64,000 nt of DNA from Chloroflexota bacterium (GCA_963663275.1 OY760183.1:2592001-2656000), one strand, 5' to 3'. Positions 20,612-30,412 are shown, counted from the first letter of the stretch. Numbers and translations are program-made. The notes: generated by a model not told the origin, from the letters alone.

Positions 20612-22252
20612 ATGAATGTGCTGGAAGCGGTCGCCAAGATCCTCAAGAAGGAAGGCGTGGAGTGGGTCTCGTGTTTCCCCTCCAACGAACTGATCGAAGC
20701 GGTCGCCGGCGAAGGCATCCGCACAATCATGTTCCGGCAGGAACGCGGCGCTCTCATGGCCGCCGACGGCTTCAGCCGCGTGAGCAATCGCAACCGGTTC
20801 GGGGTGGCGATTACCCAGGGCGGCCCTGGCGCGGAGAACTCCATGGGCGGCATCGCGCAGGCGTTCGCTGACAACGTACCCATCCTCTACCTCACCGCCG
20901 GTCCGCCCCTGAGCCGCTACGCCGTGCGGCCGGATTTTTCGCCGGTGCGTACCTACCAGAGCGTCTCCAAACGCGGCGAAGTCATCGCGGATCCCGGCCA
21001 GGTTGCCAGCGCCATGCGCCGGGCGTTTCACGCGCTGCGCAACGGCACGCCCGGCCCGGTGATTGTCGAGATTCCCACCGACATGGATACACGGGAAGTC
21101 CCTGAAACGGCGACGCCCTACCAACCGCCCCGCCGGTTCCCGCAACGCCCGTCAGTGAATGATGTCAGGGATGCGGTCGGGCTGCTCCTGGACGCCAAGC
21201 GGCCGGTCATTTGGTCGGGTAAGGGCGTGCTGTTCGCGGACGCGACCGACGAACTGAGAGGGTTGGCCGAGCTTACCCAGATACCGGTGTTTTGCACCAT
21301 GCCCGGCAAGTCGTCTTTCGATGAGCGCCATCCTCTGGCTCTCGGCGCGGGCGGCGCGACGACGACCCTGCCCGCCCGGCGCTGGATCGAGGAGTCCGAC
21401 GTCCTCTTTGCCGCCGGTTCCAGTTTGACCGTCTCGCCCTACGGACAACCCATTCCGGATGGCAAGACCATCATTCAAAACGTCGAAGGCAGCGACGACA
21501 TCAATAAGGACTATCCGGCTGCCATCGGACTGCCGGGGGATACGAAGCTCACGCTGCAAATGATGATCGAGGAAATCAAGAACCGGCTTGGGGAGAACGG
21601 ACGGCGCGGGGAGAATCAGGTAGCCGCGTCCATCGCCGCCTTGAGAGAGCAGTGGCTTGCGGAATGGAGGCCGCTCCTAGACTCCAACGAGACGCCCATC
21701 AACACCTACCGCGTCATCCGCGAGTTGGACAGGACGCTCGACCGGGAGAACAGCATCGTCACCCATGACGCCGGCGCGCCCCGGGACTCGATCTTGCCCT
21801 TCTACACCGCCACGGTCCCCCACAGCTACGTCGGCTGGGGCAAGACGACCCACCTGGGCTTCGGCATCCCCTTGATGATTGGCGCGAAACTGGCCAAGCC
21901 CGATAAGTTCTGCCTCAACTTCATGGGAGACGGCGCGTTCGGCATGTCCGGGCTGGACATCGAGACCTCCGTGCGGGCGGGCGCGCCCATCACCACGGTG
22001 GTCTTGAACAACGGCGACATGGCCACCTATCCGGGCGGGTATCCGCAGGCGCGAGAACGGTTCGACCTCACCTTCATGTCCGGCGACTACGCCAAGATCG
22101 CCGAGGGCCTGGGCGCGGTGGGCATTACCGTCACCGCTCCCTCCGAAGTAGCCCCCGCTCTCAGGAAAGCGCAGCAACTCAACGCGGACGGCAAAACCGT
22201 GCTGCTGGACGTCCACAGCGACATGGAAGGCCGCCGCTCGCGCTTCGACTAG
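20612..22252 (+). CDS. Thiamine pyrophosphate-dependent enzyme (acetolactate synthase-like)
   Basis: RQER, GPGAEN and GDGAFGM...LNNG TPP-binding motif. Confidence 0.88.
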   Translation: MNVLEAVAKILKKEGVEWVSCFPSNELIEAVAGEGIRTIMFRQERGALMAADGFSRVSNRNRFGVAITQGGPGAENSMGGIAQAFADNVPILYLTAGPPLSRYAVRPDFSPVRTYQSVSKRGEVIADPGQVASAMRRAFHALRNGTPGPVIVEIPTDMDTREVPETATPYQPPRRFPQRPSVNDVRDAVGLLLDAKRPVIWSGKGVLFADATDELRGLAELTQIPVFCTMPGKSSFDERHPLALGAGGATTTLPARRWIEESDVLFAAGSSLTVSPYGQPIPDGKTIIQNVEGSDDINKDYPAAIGLPGDTKLTLQMMIEEIKNRLGENGRRGENQVAASIAALREQWLAEWRPLLDSNETPINTYRVIRELDRTLDRENSIVTHDAGAPRDSILPFYTATVPHSYVGWGKTTHLGFGIPLMIGAKLAKPDKFCLNFMGDGAFGMSGLDIETSVRAGAPITTVVLNNGDMATYPGGYPQARERFDLTFMSGDYAKIAEGLGAVGITVTAPSEVAPALRKAQQLNADGKTVLLDVHSDMEGRRSRFD

Positions 22253-22335
22253 TAATTTCCGGCACTAGCGCTTGTAGGACTATTGGCTCGACCAGGGATG
22301 CCAGACCACGTTGTTCCGGGTAGAAGAGGCAAGTC

Positions 22336-22842
22336 ATGGCCGACAAGATTCGTCTTCCACATGAGGGCGAGGAGATCGACCGAATCATTCGCCAGATCAA
22401 GGCAGCGGTCCAAGAAACGCGGAAGACGGTAGTAGCCGGGGTCGAGGTCACGTATTCGGTTTGCGATCCGTGGCCGCCCGGCATGGATCCGGCTATGTAC
22501 GACTCTGACGGCAACATATACCTTCCGGACAGCTTCTTGCGGTCAGACCCCACCACCGCCGCCCTGGCCGCATTGCACGAACACATCGAAGTCATCCACA
22601 AGCGCGCCGGTAGGAGCCACGGGTACGCGCACCATCGGGGTCTGCTCCATGAATTCCTGGCGGCCAAAGCGGTTTACGATAGGGACGGGCTCAAAGAGTT
22701 CATCCACTATAGGGTGTTTGAGTATCCAGACTGGAAGATTCCCAACAAGAGCGTTATAGAAGAGAAACTGTGCGAGCTTCTCTCAGTTGACAATCCCCGG
22801 CGTGGCGAACTCTTGGAAGTGTTCAGAGAGGCGCGCATGTAG
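22336..22842 (+). CDS. Hypothetical protein with HExxE...H zincin-like motif
   Basis: ALHEHIEV...YAHHRG; RBS AGAGG; lower GC than flanks. Confidence 0.6.
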   Translation: MADKIRLPHEGEEIDRIIRQIKAAVQETRKTVVAGVEVTYSVCDPWPPGMDPAMYDSDGNIYLPDSFLRSDPTTAALAALHEHIEVIHKRAGRSHGYAHHRGLLHEFLAAKAVYDRDGLKEFIHYRVFEYPDWKIPNKSVIEEKLCELLSVDNPRRGELLEVFREARM

Positions 22843-23000
22843 AGTCTTGGCGAGCCTGGACTAGTGCGACGGCAGCGGACGGAGAGCAATGACAGACGGC
22901 TCACAGCCTTACGATTGCGCGTGACGTCACCGTGAATGTCCGGCCAATCCCAAGGCAATGATGGTTTTTCGGCAGTAGGATTGTTGGAAAGGGAGAAACT

Positions 23001-23642
23001 GTGAAATTCGATGCCGAGAGTCACCTAAGCGCGATGGAGCGCTCCGTGTCTTTTCTGGAGCGCGACGGCAGTCCCGCCAGTGACGTCTCGCTTGCCCGTG
23101 TCTATGCAACCACGGCCTCAGAGTTGTGGGACGCCGTGACGAACGCTGTGCGCATTCCCCGCTTTTTCACCGGGATCAGCGGCGAGCTTGAACTCGGCGG
23201 CCGCTACCAATTGGAAGGCAACGCCGGCGGCACGATCACCGGCTGCGAGCCGCTTTCACATTATGCCGTCACCTGGGAATTTGCCGGTGACGTTAGCTGG
23301 GTCGAGGTGCGGCTCTCTGATGCCGGAGCCAGCGGCATACGGCTCGCGCTCACCCACACCGCCCGTCTCTCGCCGCACTGGGACACGTACGGGCCGGGCG
23401 CGGCCGGCGTGGGCTGGGAAATGGGGTTTCTGGGCCTCGCCTTTCATCTGGCGCGGCCGGACGCGCCCAGGCCGGACGAAATGGAGTTTGCCACTTCACC
23501 GGACGGCAAGGCGTTCATCACCGGCAGCAGCGAGGGTTGGGCGCAAGCGGCGATCGCGTCGGGCACGGACCCCGCCGCCGCAGTTTCGGCGGCGCGGCAA
23601 ACGACCGCGTTCTACACGGGTGAGGCTGCGGACTCCACCTGA
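23001..23642 (+). CDS. SRPBCC/Aha1 domain protein
   Basis: ELWDAVT, GGRYQLEGNAGG, YGPGAAGVGWE. Confidence 0.8.
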   Translation: MKFDAESHLSAMERSVSFLERDGSPASDVSLARVYATTASELWDAVTNAVRIPRFFTGISGELELGGRYQLEGNAGGTITGCEPLSHYAVTWEFAGDVSWVEVRLSDAGASGIRLALTHTARLSPHWDTYGPGAAGVGWEMGFLGLAFHLARPDAPRPDEMEFATSPDGKAFITGSSEGWAQAAIASGTDPAAAVSAARQTTAFYTGEAADST

Positions 23643-23769
23643 CACGCGGGCGCTGTCGCTCCACAGCAGACGGAAACGGTGCGGAGTCCATAGCAAACCC
23701 GGTCACGCCCCAATACGAGGCGTGACCGGGTGCAAGCGCATCTTGGGCAGCGGGAGTCTTCGTGAACCG

Positions 23770-24222
23770 TCAGGCGTTGCTCCGGCGCAGGGCCACGTAC
23801 GTGACTACCGTCGACGTAATCAGGCTGAGCAGCCCGCCAATCAGAATGTCCACGGGCACCAGAAGCGTGGGCCAGGTGGACATCATCAGGTAGATGGGCA
23901 CGATGTAGGTGGCGTAGGCCGCGCAGCCGAGCACGAAGCTGTTCTGCATCGCCCGCCGCAGGCTGCGTTCCTTGAGCGCCGGCTCGATTGCCAGGTAGCT
24001 ATTGGCAAGCGCAATCAGCAAGAGAAACGCCAGCAAGGAAACGAACTGGGCGCCGCCCCACGTGTCCATCGGCCTGCCGAACGTGTCCAAGAGCTCGGTA
24101 TTGCCGCTCTCGTCGTAGAGGCTCTTGTACATGCCGGTCGCAATGGGCGAAAGATTCCACCCCACGTCGATGACGGTGTACACTACGAACGCTGCTATGA
24201 ATCTAACGTATTGCATTCTCAC
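23770..24222 (-). CDS. Membrane protein, DUF2177-like
   Basis: Four hydrophobic segments, IDVGW, AYATY, WP...VDI; GGAG RBS. Confidence 0.65.
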   Translation of the reverse strand: MRMQYVRFIAAFVVYTVIDVGWNLSPIATGMYKSLYDESGNTELLDTFGRPMDTWGGAQFVSLLAFLLLIALANSYLAIEPALKERSLRRAMQNSFVLGCAAYATYIVPIYLMMSTWPTLLVPVDILIGGLLSLITSTVVTYVALRRSNA

Positions 24223-24371
24223 TCACTCCCTGGTGAAAACTGCGTATCCGTCACCGCCCCTTTATACCATTTTTGTTGCTTGTCCGACAAGGAGCGCAAG
24301 GTGGCAGCACACAGCCGTCTCGGATTCGTAATACAATGAGCGTGGAATCTGAAGATTGCAGGAGGAAGAAA

Positions 24372-24788
24372 GTGGGAGCAACACACGTAACCGTCAGGAT
24401 TACGAACCCCGCGGCGCCGGACAAATTCTGGGAGGGTCTTTTTCTGGTCGATACCGGGGCGACCGATTCCCTGGTACCCAGACAGCACCTGGAAGCTATT
24501 GGTCTGGAACCCAGGGGGCGGAGAATTTATCAACTGGCCGATGGCAGCGACCTTGTTCTCGATGTCACGGTTGCAGAGATAGAGTTCATGGGAGAGATCG
24601 TCGGCGGGACGATCATCTTCGGCGAGCCCGAGGCGGAACCGCTGCTGGGCGTAACCGCGCTGGAGTCGGTCGGTATCGAGGTGGACCCGCTCAACCAACG
24701 GCTAAAGAGGCTGCCGACCGTGCGCCTCAAAGGGCTGGCGCCCGCGAATTGCCGCAGCGGACTCGGCAGCCCGGCAGAGACACTGTGA
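24372..24788 (+). CDS. Clan AA (retropepsin-like) aspartic protease
   Basis: FLVDTGAT catalytic motif, LADGS, PLLGVTALE; AGGAGG RBS before GTG. Confidence 0.85.
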   Translation: MGATHVTVRITNPAAPDKFWEGLFLVDTGATDSLVPRQHLEAIGLEPRGRRIYQLADGSDLVLDVTVAEIEFMGEIVGGTIIFGEPEAEPLLGVTALESVGIEVDPLNQRLKRLPTVRLKGLAPANCRSGLGSPAETL

Positions 24789-24876
24789 GAGAGTACCGGA
24801 GGCAACGCGCTGTCGGCTAAGGATCGGTTGAGTAGCGGCCAGTCTTACCGAGAGAACTCCCGTGGAAAGGTAGAAG

Positions 24877-25539
24877 GTGAGTGACTGCGAATATGTATTC
24901 CTAGACGAGTCCGGGAATCTAGACTTTAGCGCCAGTGGGACACGCTACTTTGTGTTGACCAGCGTGAGCACAAGAAGGCCGTTTACGTGGCGCAAGTCGC
25001 TAGACGACCTGAAATATGACTGTCTTGAGTACGGTTTGGAGAACGAGTATTTCCATTGCGCAGACGACAACAAGCATGTGCGGAACAAGGTGTTCAATAT
25101 AATCGGCGAGCACCTCAGCGACATGCGCATCGACAGCCTGATCGTAGAAAAGAGCAAGACCGCTCCGGCGTTGGCGGCGGATTCACGTTTCTATCCTGAA
25201 ATGCTGGGCCACCTCCTTAAGAACGTGCTACGTGAGAGAATGGGTGTAGAATCTGAAGAGTTCATTGTCATCACCGATGCCGTTCCTCTGAAAAAGAAGC
25301 GTAAAATGGTCCAAAAAGCCGTCAAGATCGCGCTGGCAAATGTGCTGCCACGCGGCAAGAAGCACCGCATCTTGCATCATGACTCCCGTTCACACTACGG
25401 GTTGCAACTTGCGGATTACAGTTGCTGGTCAGTGTTTCGAAAGCATGAGAGAGGCGAAACAGCGTACTTCCAACGAATTTCGTCGGCGGTGCGCAGCGAG
25501 TTCGACATATTTGCGAGAGGCGCCACGCACTATTATTGA
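24877..25539 (+). CDS. DUF3800 domain protein (RNase H-like fold)
   Basis: N-terminal YVFLDESGN, central IVITD, C-terminal GLQLADY; lower GC than flanks. Confidence 0.85.
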   Translation: MSDCEYVFLDESGNLDFSASGTRYFVLTSVSTRRPFTWRKSLDDLKYDCLEYGLENEYFHCADDNKHVRNKVFNIIGEHLSDMRIDSLIVEKSKTAPALAADSRFYPEMLGHLLKNVLRERMGVESEEFIVITDAVPLKKKRKMVQKAVKIALANVLPRGKKHRILHHDSRSHYGLQLADYSCWSVFRKHERGETAYFQRISSAVRSEFDIFARGATHYY

Positions 25540-25562
25540 TGCGCATCACCCGTTAAAAGTGA

Positions 25563-25626
25563 CCTCCCCGACTACTCCGTTTCCGGAGAGAGCCCCTTGG
25601 GCTCTTGTCATCAGGGAGGAACCTTT
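25563..25626 (-). ncRNA. Three-way-junction RNA convergent on the DUF3800 gene (DUF3800-associated motif-like)
   Basis: Minus strand: 10-bp CCUCCCUGAU/GUCGGGGAGG, 7-bp AGAGCCC/GGGCUCU and 5-bp CUCCG-GAAA-CGGAG; G-U pairs and GNRA loop fix the strand. Confidence 0.7.
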
Positions 25627-25632
25627 GTTTCA

Positions 25633-25641
25633 ATCGTAGCA
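25633..25641 (-). promoter_or_regulatory. Extended -10 promoter for the DUF3800-associated RNA
   Basis: TGcTACGAT on the minus strand, about 13 nt upstream of the first stem. Confidence 0.55.
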
Positions 25642-25769
25642 TATTGTGGGACGAGCGCTCAACCAACAAGTAACAGCAAACTGAGCGCATGCCGAAAATC
25701 CGAAGCTGATTCTGTACAGTTTTGGATTTTCAGACAGTTTCAGCCGGAGCAGTCGAGAGGAGCCGCAGC

Positions 25770-26873
25770 ATGAGAATTCGCTCGCATGACCCGGACTGGG
25801 AAGGCCCCCGCGCGGACAAGGCCGTGGCCGAAACCGCGCCCAAGGGGAATTACCGCGCCGCCGTCGTCGGCTGCGGCCGCATGGGCAGCACCATCGACGA
25901 CGAGCACGTGGGCAAGCCCCACTATCCGTGGCCGTGGGCGCACGCGCCCGGCATCATCGAGGCGCGCAACGTAGAACTCGTCGCCGCCGCGGACGTCGAT
26001 CCCAGGCGGCTGGCCTACTTTGGCGAACGGTGGGGCGTACAGGCGCTCTACGCCGACCTGCATGAGATGGTGGCCAAAGAGCACCCCGACATCGTCTGTG
26101 TCACCACCGGGCCTGTGGAACGCGCCGCAGTGGTCGTGGCTCTAGCGGAGGCGGGTGTCAAGGCCATTTACGCCACCAAACCCATGTGCCGCACCCTCGC
26201 CGAGGCCGATGAGATGATCGCGGCCTGCCGGCGCGCCGGTACAATTCTCGCCATTGCCGCGCACCTCAACTGGTACGCGCCGTACACCAACGCCAAGGCC
26301 CTCATCGACAGCGGCGAAATTGGGTCGCTGCGCTCGATGGTCTGCCACAGCCCGCTGCCGCTCTCCAACATCTACAGCCACACGCTCTGCCTCTTCGCGT
26401 TGTTCGCCGGAGCGCCGGCCCGGTGGGTCCACGGCCACATGGACGACGCGGAACGAGCGCAAACCAACGAAGACCAGAGCGGCTCCGGCATGATCGGCTA
26501 CGAAAACGGCGTGCTGGGATACGTGAACTCCCATGCTCCCGCAAGAAGCTGGACCATGGAGTTCCACTGCGAACGCGGCCGCGTGCTGACCCGCAACCAC
26601 CACGCCTGGTTCGAGCTATGGGGCCACAGCGATGACGAACTGGAGGGCGACTTCCAACGGCAATTCCCGTTCCCGTGGCGGCCGCGCAGTTCCATGGTGG
26701 ACGCCATCGAGGGCGTGGCCCGCTCCATCGAGGCCGGTGTTGAAACGACGTGCCCCGGCGAGTTTGGCCGCGAGGCCCTGGAAATCGGCATCGCCATACG
26801 CGAATCCTATCGCAGCGGTGTCCGCCTGGACTTGCCGCTGCAGGACCGCAGCCTCCGCCTCGGCAGCGGCTAG
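25770..26873 (+). CDS. Gfo/Idh/MocA family oxidoreductase
   Basis: VVGCGRMG, variant ATKPMC (EKP) motif, SHTL. Confidence 0.85.
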   Translation: MRIRSHDPDWEGPRADKAVAETAPKGNYRAAVVGCGRMGSTIDDEHVGKPHYPWPWAHAPGIIEARNVELVAAADVDPRRLAYFGERWGVQALYADLHEMVAKEHPDIVCVTTGPVERAAVVVALAEAGVKAIYATKPMCRTLAEADEMIAACRRAGTILAIAAHLNWYAPYTNAKALIDSGEIGSLRSMVCHSPLPLSNIYSHTLCLFALFAGAPARWVHGHMDDAERAQTNEDQSGSGMIGYENGVLGYVNSHAPARSWTMEFHCERGRVLTRNHHAWFELWGHSDDELEGDFQRQFPFPWRPRSSMVDAIEGVARSIEAGVETTCPGEFGREALEIGIAIRESYRSGVRLDLPLQDRSLRLGSG

Positions 26874-26930
26874 CGCACGATCGCTGCACGGCATTGATGC
26901 CTGAATCGTCGCATTATGCTACGATAATAT

Positions 26931-27163
26931 AGTGGCGTCCTTCCGTAGAGTGGATGCTCGTTACGGCTACTGGGGGCGGCTTGAGGCGTAACGGTACCGA
27001 ATCCTTCGCGGTTTCACGGCACTTCACAAGCCGTGACTAAATGTTCATCGACCGTACGGTAATCCCCCGGAGTGCAACTTAACGGAGCGGTGTCTTAGCA
27101 AAGAGCAGGAAATCGAGCGTAGTTACGTCAACTAACGTGCTCGTTAAGTGAATCGCCCATCTG
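26931..27163 (+). ncRNA. Candidate ~230-nt highly structured RNA with pseudoknot, family not recognised
   Basis: At least eight complementary stems, a 7-bp loop-distal pairing, several G-U pairs favouring +, and TGcTACGAT at 26917-26925. Confidence 0.55.
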
Positions 27164-27221
27164 GTCTTACAGCGCGAAAAACCCGTGTGGCGCGCGCGGC
27201 AGCGCATCTAAGGAGAAGTCG

Positions 27222-30185
27222 GTGTCAAAGCACTTGAAGTCAACGCTATTTGGCGTCTTGCTCGCACTGCTGTCGGTAGTGCTCGTAGCGTGCAGCGTAC
27301 AGCCTGCGCCAATGCCCGTCGTGGAGCCCACGGCAACGACCGCGCCAGTTCCCACCGCAGTTCCCACGCCCGCGCCTACCGCTGAACCCGAAGCGCCCAC
27401 TCCGGCGCCGGTTGCGGAGCTAACGCCCGATTCGGTCTTGCCGCTTGACCCGGTGGTGACGCACGGCACCCTGACCAACGGCATGACCTACTACATCCGG
27501 CACAACGAAGAGCCCAAGAACCGGGTGCAGTTGATGATGGTCGTGCACGCCGGTTCGGTGCTGGAAGAAGAATCGGAGCGCGGCCTGGCGCACTTCGTCG
27601 AGCACATGGCCTTCAACGGCACCGAACGCTTTGAAAAGCAGCAGATCGTCGACTACCTCGAATCAATCGGCGTCAACTTTGGGCCGGACCTCAACGCCTC
27701 CACCGGTTTCGATACCACCACGTATTTTATCGAAGTGCCGACGGATGACGCCGAAGGCCTGGAGACCGCGTTCCAGATTCTCAGCGACTGGGCCTATGCC
27801 ATTTCCTTCGACCCGGAGGAAGTGGATAAGGAACGCGGCGTGGTCATCGAGGAATGGCGCACCAGACTGGGCTACGGCGACCGCTTCCTCAACCATTGGA
27901 TACCCCTGGTATTCGGCGCGTCGCGCTACACCGACCGGCTGCCTATCGGCCTCCTGGAAGTCCTGGAGAACGCGACGGCTGACGATCTGCGTGGATTCTA
28001 CGAACGCTGGTACCGCCCCAATCTGATGGCCGTGGTGGTCGTGGGCGATATCGACGTTGCCGAAATGGAAGCCGCGGTGAAACGCCATTTTGCGCCGCAG
28101 CCGGAAGGGGAGGCCATGCAAGCCCGCGCCGCCATCCAGCCGCCGACGGAACGGCCCCGCTACGAGGTGCCGAGCCACGCTGAGCCGCGCGTGACCGTGT
28201 TTGCCGACCCCGAGGCTACGAGCACAAGCACGTTCATCGTGCGCACAATTCCCTCTGGGTACGGCGTGACGCTTTCAGCCTACCGGGACATTCTGATCGA
28301 GCGGCTGTCCTTCATGATGTTCAATGCACGGCTCTTCGAACTAAGCCGCACCCCGAGTCCACCCTATCTTGGCGCCAACTCTTACCGCAGCGGCCTGGCC
28401 GACACGGCGGACATCGTTGTCTTTGGGGTTGGCACTGAAAAGGACGGAGTTGAAACCGGCCTCAACGCGATGCTCGAGGAGTTGCAGCGGGTGCGCCAGC
28501 ATGGCTTTACCGCTTCCGAACTGGATCGCGAGAAAGCCAATCTGCTCAGCCAAATGGAAAGTTACTACGAGAGGCGCGGCCAACTGGAATCCAGGGCGCT
28601 CGCCCAGGAATATGTCGAGCACTTCTTGAGCGCCACGGTGGCGCCGGGCGTCGAGATGGAGTGGGAATTGACCCAATTCCTCCTGCCGCAGATTACCTTG
28701 AATGAAGTCGACGCCTTGATGGCCTTCTGGACTGAACCCGGCAATACCGTGCTCCTCGTCACCGGTCCCGAAGACATCGGATCCGGCGCCAAAGACGAGT
28801 TGAAAGCCGCGGTAGCGCAGCAACTTGCCGCCGCGCACACGCTGGAAGTGGCGGGCTATGAAGATGAAGCCGCCGGCCAAACACTCCTGGCGGACATTCC
28901 AGCCGCCGGCTCAATCACGGAGGAACAGCAAATCGATTCCATCGACGCCGTGCGCTGGACGCTCTCCAATGGCATCACCGTGTTCGCCAAGCAGACCGAC
29001 TTCAATAACGACCAGGTGCTCTTCCGGTCATTCAGTCCGGGAGGGACGTCCCTCGTGTCTGACGAAGACTATATCTCGGCCACCCACGCCGCCTCACTCG
29101 TTGCCGGCAGCGGCGCCGGCCCTCACGACCAGGTGGCCTTGGAGAAACTCCTGGCCGGCAAGCGGGTCGGAGTCTCGCCGTTCATCGCTTCGCAGTTCGA
29201 GGGCTTCGCCGGCAGCGCCTCGCCGCAAGACCTGGAGACACTGTTCCAACTGATCACACTCTATGCCACCGACCCGCAAATCGACCCGGTCTATTTCGAA
29301 ACGTATGTGGACCGGCTGCGTGACTCGGCCGAGAATCGCCTCTTGGACCCGGATACGTTGTTCTTCGATGAGGTGCGGCGCATTCTCTTCCAGGATCACT
29401 ACCGGCGCCGCCCGCTCACCGTTGAGTTGCTCGGTGAACTGGACATGGAACGCGCTCTGTCCATCTATGGAGACCGTTTCGCGGACTTGGGCGACTCGAC
29501 GTTCGTCTTCGTCGGCGCTTTCGATTGGGACGCGCTGCGCTCATTGACCGAGACGTACCTGGCCAGTCTGCCCGCCTCCGGGCGCGCGGAGGAGTGGCGT
29601 GACCCCAACATAGACCCGCCCGCCACGCTCGAAGAACACGCCGTCTATTTCGGCATCGAGCCCCGGAGCACAACCATTCTCATATTCGCCGGTGACTTCG
29701 ATTGGTCCCTCGAGGAATCGCTGACGGTATCGCTCATGGGCAGGATACTCGACACGCGCCTGCGTGAAGAGATTCGCGAGGAACTCGGCGGCACGTACGG
29801 CGTAAGCGTCAGCGCCTCGACGTCTTCAATTCCGGACTCCGAATACCAGGTGTATGCCTACTTTGGCAGCGATCCCGAGCGCGTGGAGGAACTCTTTGCG
29901 GCAATCCAGCGGGAGTTGAACTGGCTCATCGACGGCGGCGAACAGAAGTATCTCGACACCGCCAAAGAGCTTCTCCGTTCGTCCCGAGAAGAGCAGGTGG
30001 AGGAGAACTCCTTCTGGCTGAACCAGATGAGGGCTGTGCTCCAGCGCGGCCAGGACTTCGACGTGATCAATCAATTCGAAGAGCGTCTGGATGCGGTGAC
30101 TCTGGAACAGGTCGCCGCCGCGGCCGAGCGCTACCTCACACTGGACCGCTACATTCGCGTGGTACTGTACCCGAAAGAGGAGTAG
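27222..30185 (+). CDS. M16 family zinc protease (PqqL-like) lipoprotein
   Basis: Lipobox VAC, Pro/Thr linker, HFVEH...E inverted zinc motif, IREELGGTY; AAGGAG RBS. Confidence 0.9.
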   Translation: MSKHLKSTLFGVLLALLSVVLVACSVQPAPMPVVEPTATTAPVPTAVPTPAPTAEPEAPTPAPVAELTPDSVLPLDPVVTHGTLTNGMTYYIRHNEEPKNRVQLMMVVHAGSVLEEESERGLAHFVEHMAFNGTERFEKQQIVDYLESIGVNFGPDLNASTGFDTTTYFIEVPTDDAEGLETAFQILSDWAYAISFDPEEVDKERGVVIEEWRTRLGYGDRFLNHWIPLVFGASRYTDRLPIGLLEVLENATADDLRGFYERWYRPNLMAVVVVGDIDVAEMEAAVKRHFAPQPEGEAMQARAAIQPPTERPRYEVPSHAEPRVTVFADPEATSTSTFIVRTIPSGYGVTLSAYRDILIERLSFMMFNARLFELSRTPSPPYLGANSYRSGLADTADIVVFGVGTEKDGVETGLNAMLEELQRVRQHGFTASELDREKANLLSQMESYYERRGQLESRALAQEYVEHFLSATVAPGVEMEWELTQFLLPQITLNEVDALMAFWTEPGNTVLLVTGPEDIGSGAKDELKAAVAQQLAAAHTLEVAGYEDEAAGQTLLADIPAAGSITEEQQIDSIDAVRWTLSNGITVFAKQTDFNNDQVLFRSFSPGGTSLVSDEDYISATHAASLVAGSGAGPHDQVALEKLLAGKRVGVSPFIASQFEGFAGSASPQDLETLFQLITLYATDPQIDPVYFETYVDRLRDSAENRLLDPDTLFFDEVRRILFQDHYRRRPLTVELLGELDMERALSIYGDRFADLGDSTFVFVGAFDWDALRSLTETYLASLPASGRAEEWRDPNIDPPATLEEHAVYFGIEPRSTTILIFAGDFDWSLEESLTVSLMGRILDTRLREEIREELGGTYGVSVSASTSSIPDSEYQVYAYFGSDPERVEELFAAIQRELNWLIDGGEQKYLDTAKELLRSSREEQVEENSFWLNQMRAVLQRGQDFDVINQFEERLDAVTLEQVAAAAERYLTLDRYIRVVLYPKEE

Positions 30186-30238
30186 CGGGCGCCTTACGTC
30201 CAGGCTACTGTCCCGGCTCCGCGGCAAAGTGGGCCTTA

Positions 30239-30412
30239 GAACCTGTTTACTATCTGCTTATGAGGGAGTTAGCAAAGCCGATAAAGACCGTTCGTGCTGA
30301 GCCTGTCGAAGCATGAACGGCTATATGCAACCTTGCGGTGGGTTCCGTTCACCCTTCGACGCGGCTCAGGGCGAACGTTCCTCGTGCAGACAGAGAGATC
30401 GTAAACAGGCTC
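30239..30412. mobile_element. MITE with 17-bp TIRs and TTA target duplication (IS5/IS1031-like)
   Basis: GAACCTGTTTACTATCT vs GAGCCTGTTTACGATCT (15/17); TTA at 30236-30238 and 30413-30415; internal CCGTTCGTGCTGAGCCTGTCGAAG palindromes. Confidence 0.75.

Noticed and set aside
25563-25619. Hammerhead-like core on minus (CUGAUGA...GAAA...GUC)
   Set aside because: Stem II does not abut the core and stem III would be 2 bp; the three-way-junction fold uses the same bases better. A cleavage assay would settle it
27029-27060. Resemblance to group II intron domain V (AGCCGUG...UACGGU)
   Set aside because: No paired upper stem or GNRA loop, no domain VI or RT, and these bases fit other stems better
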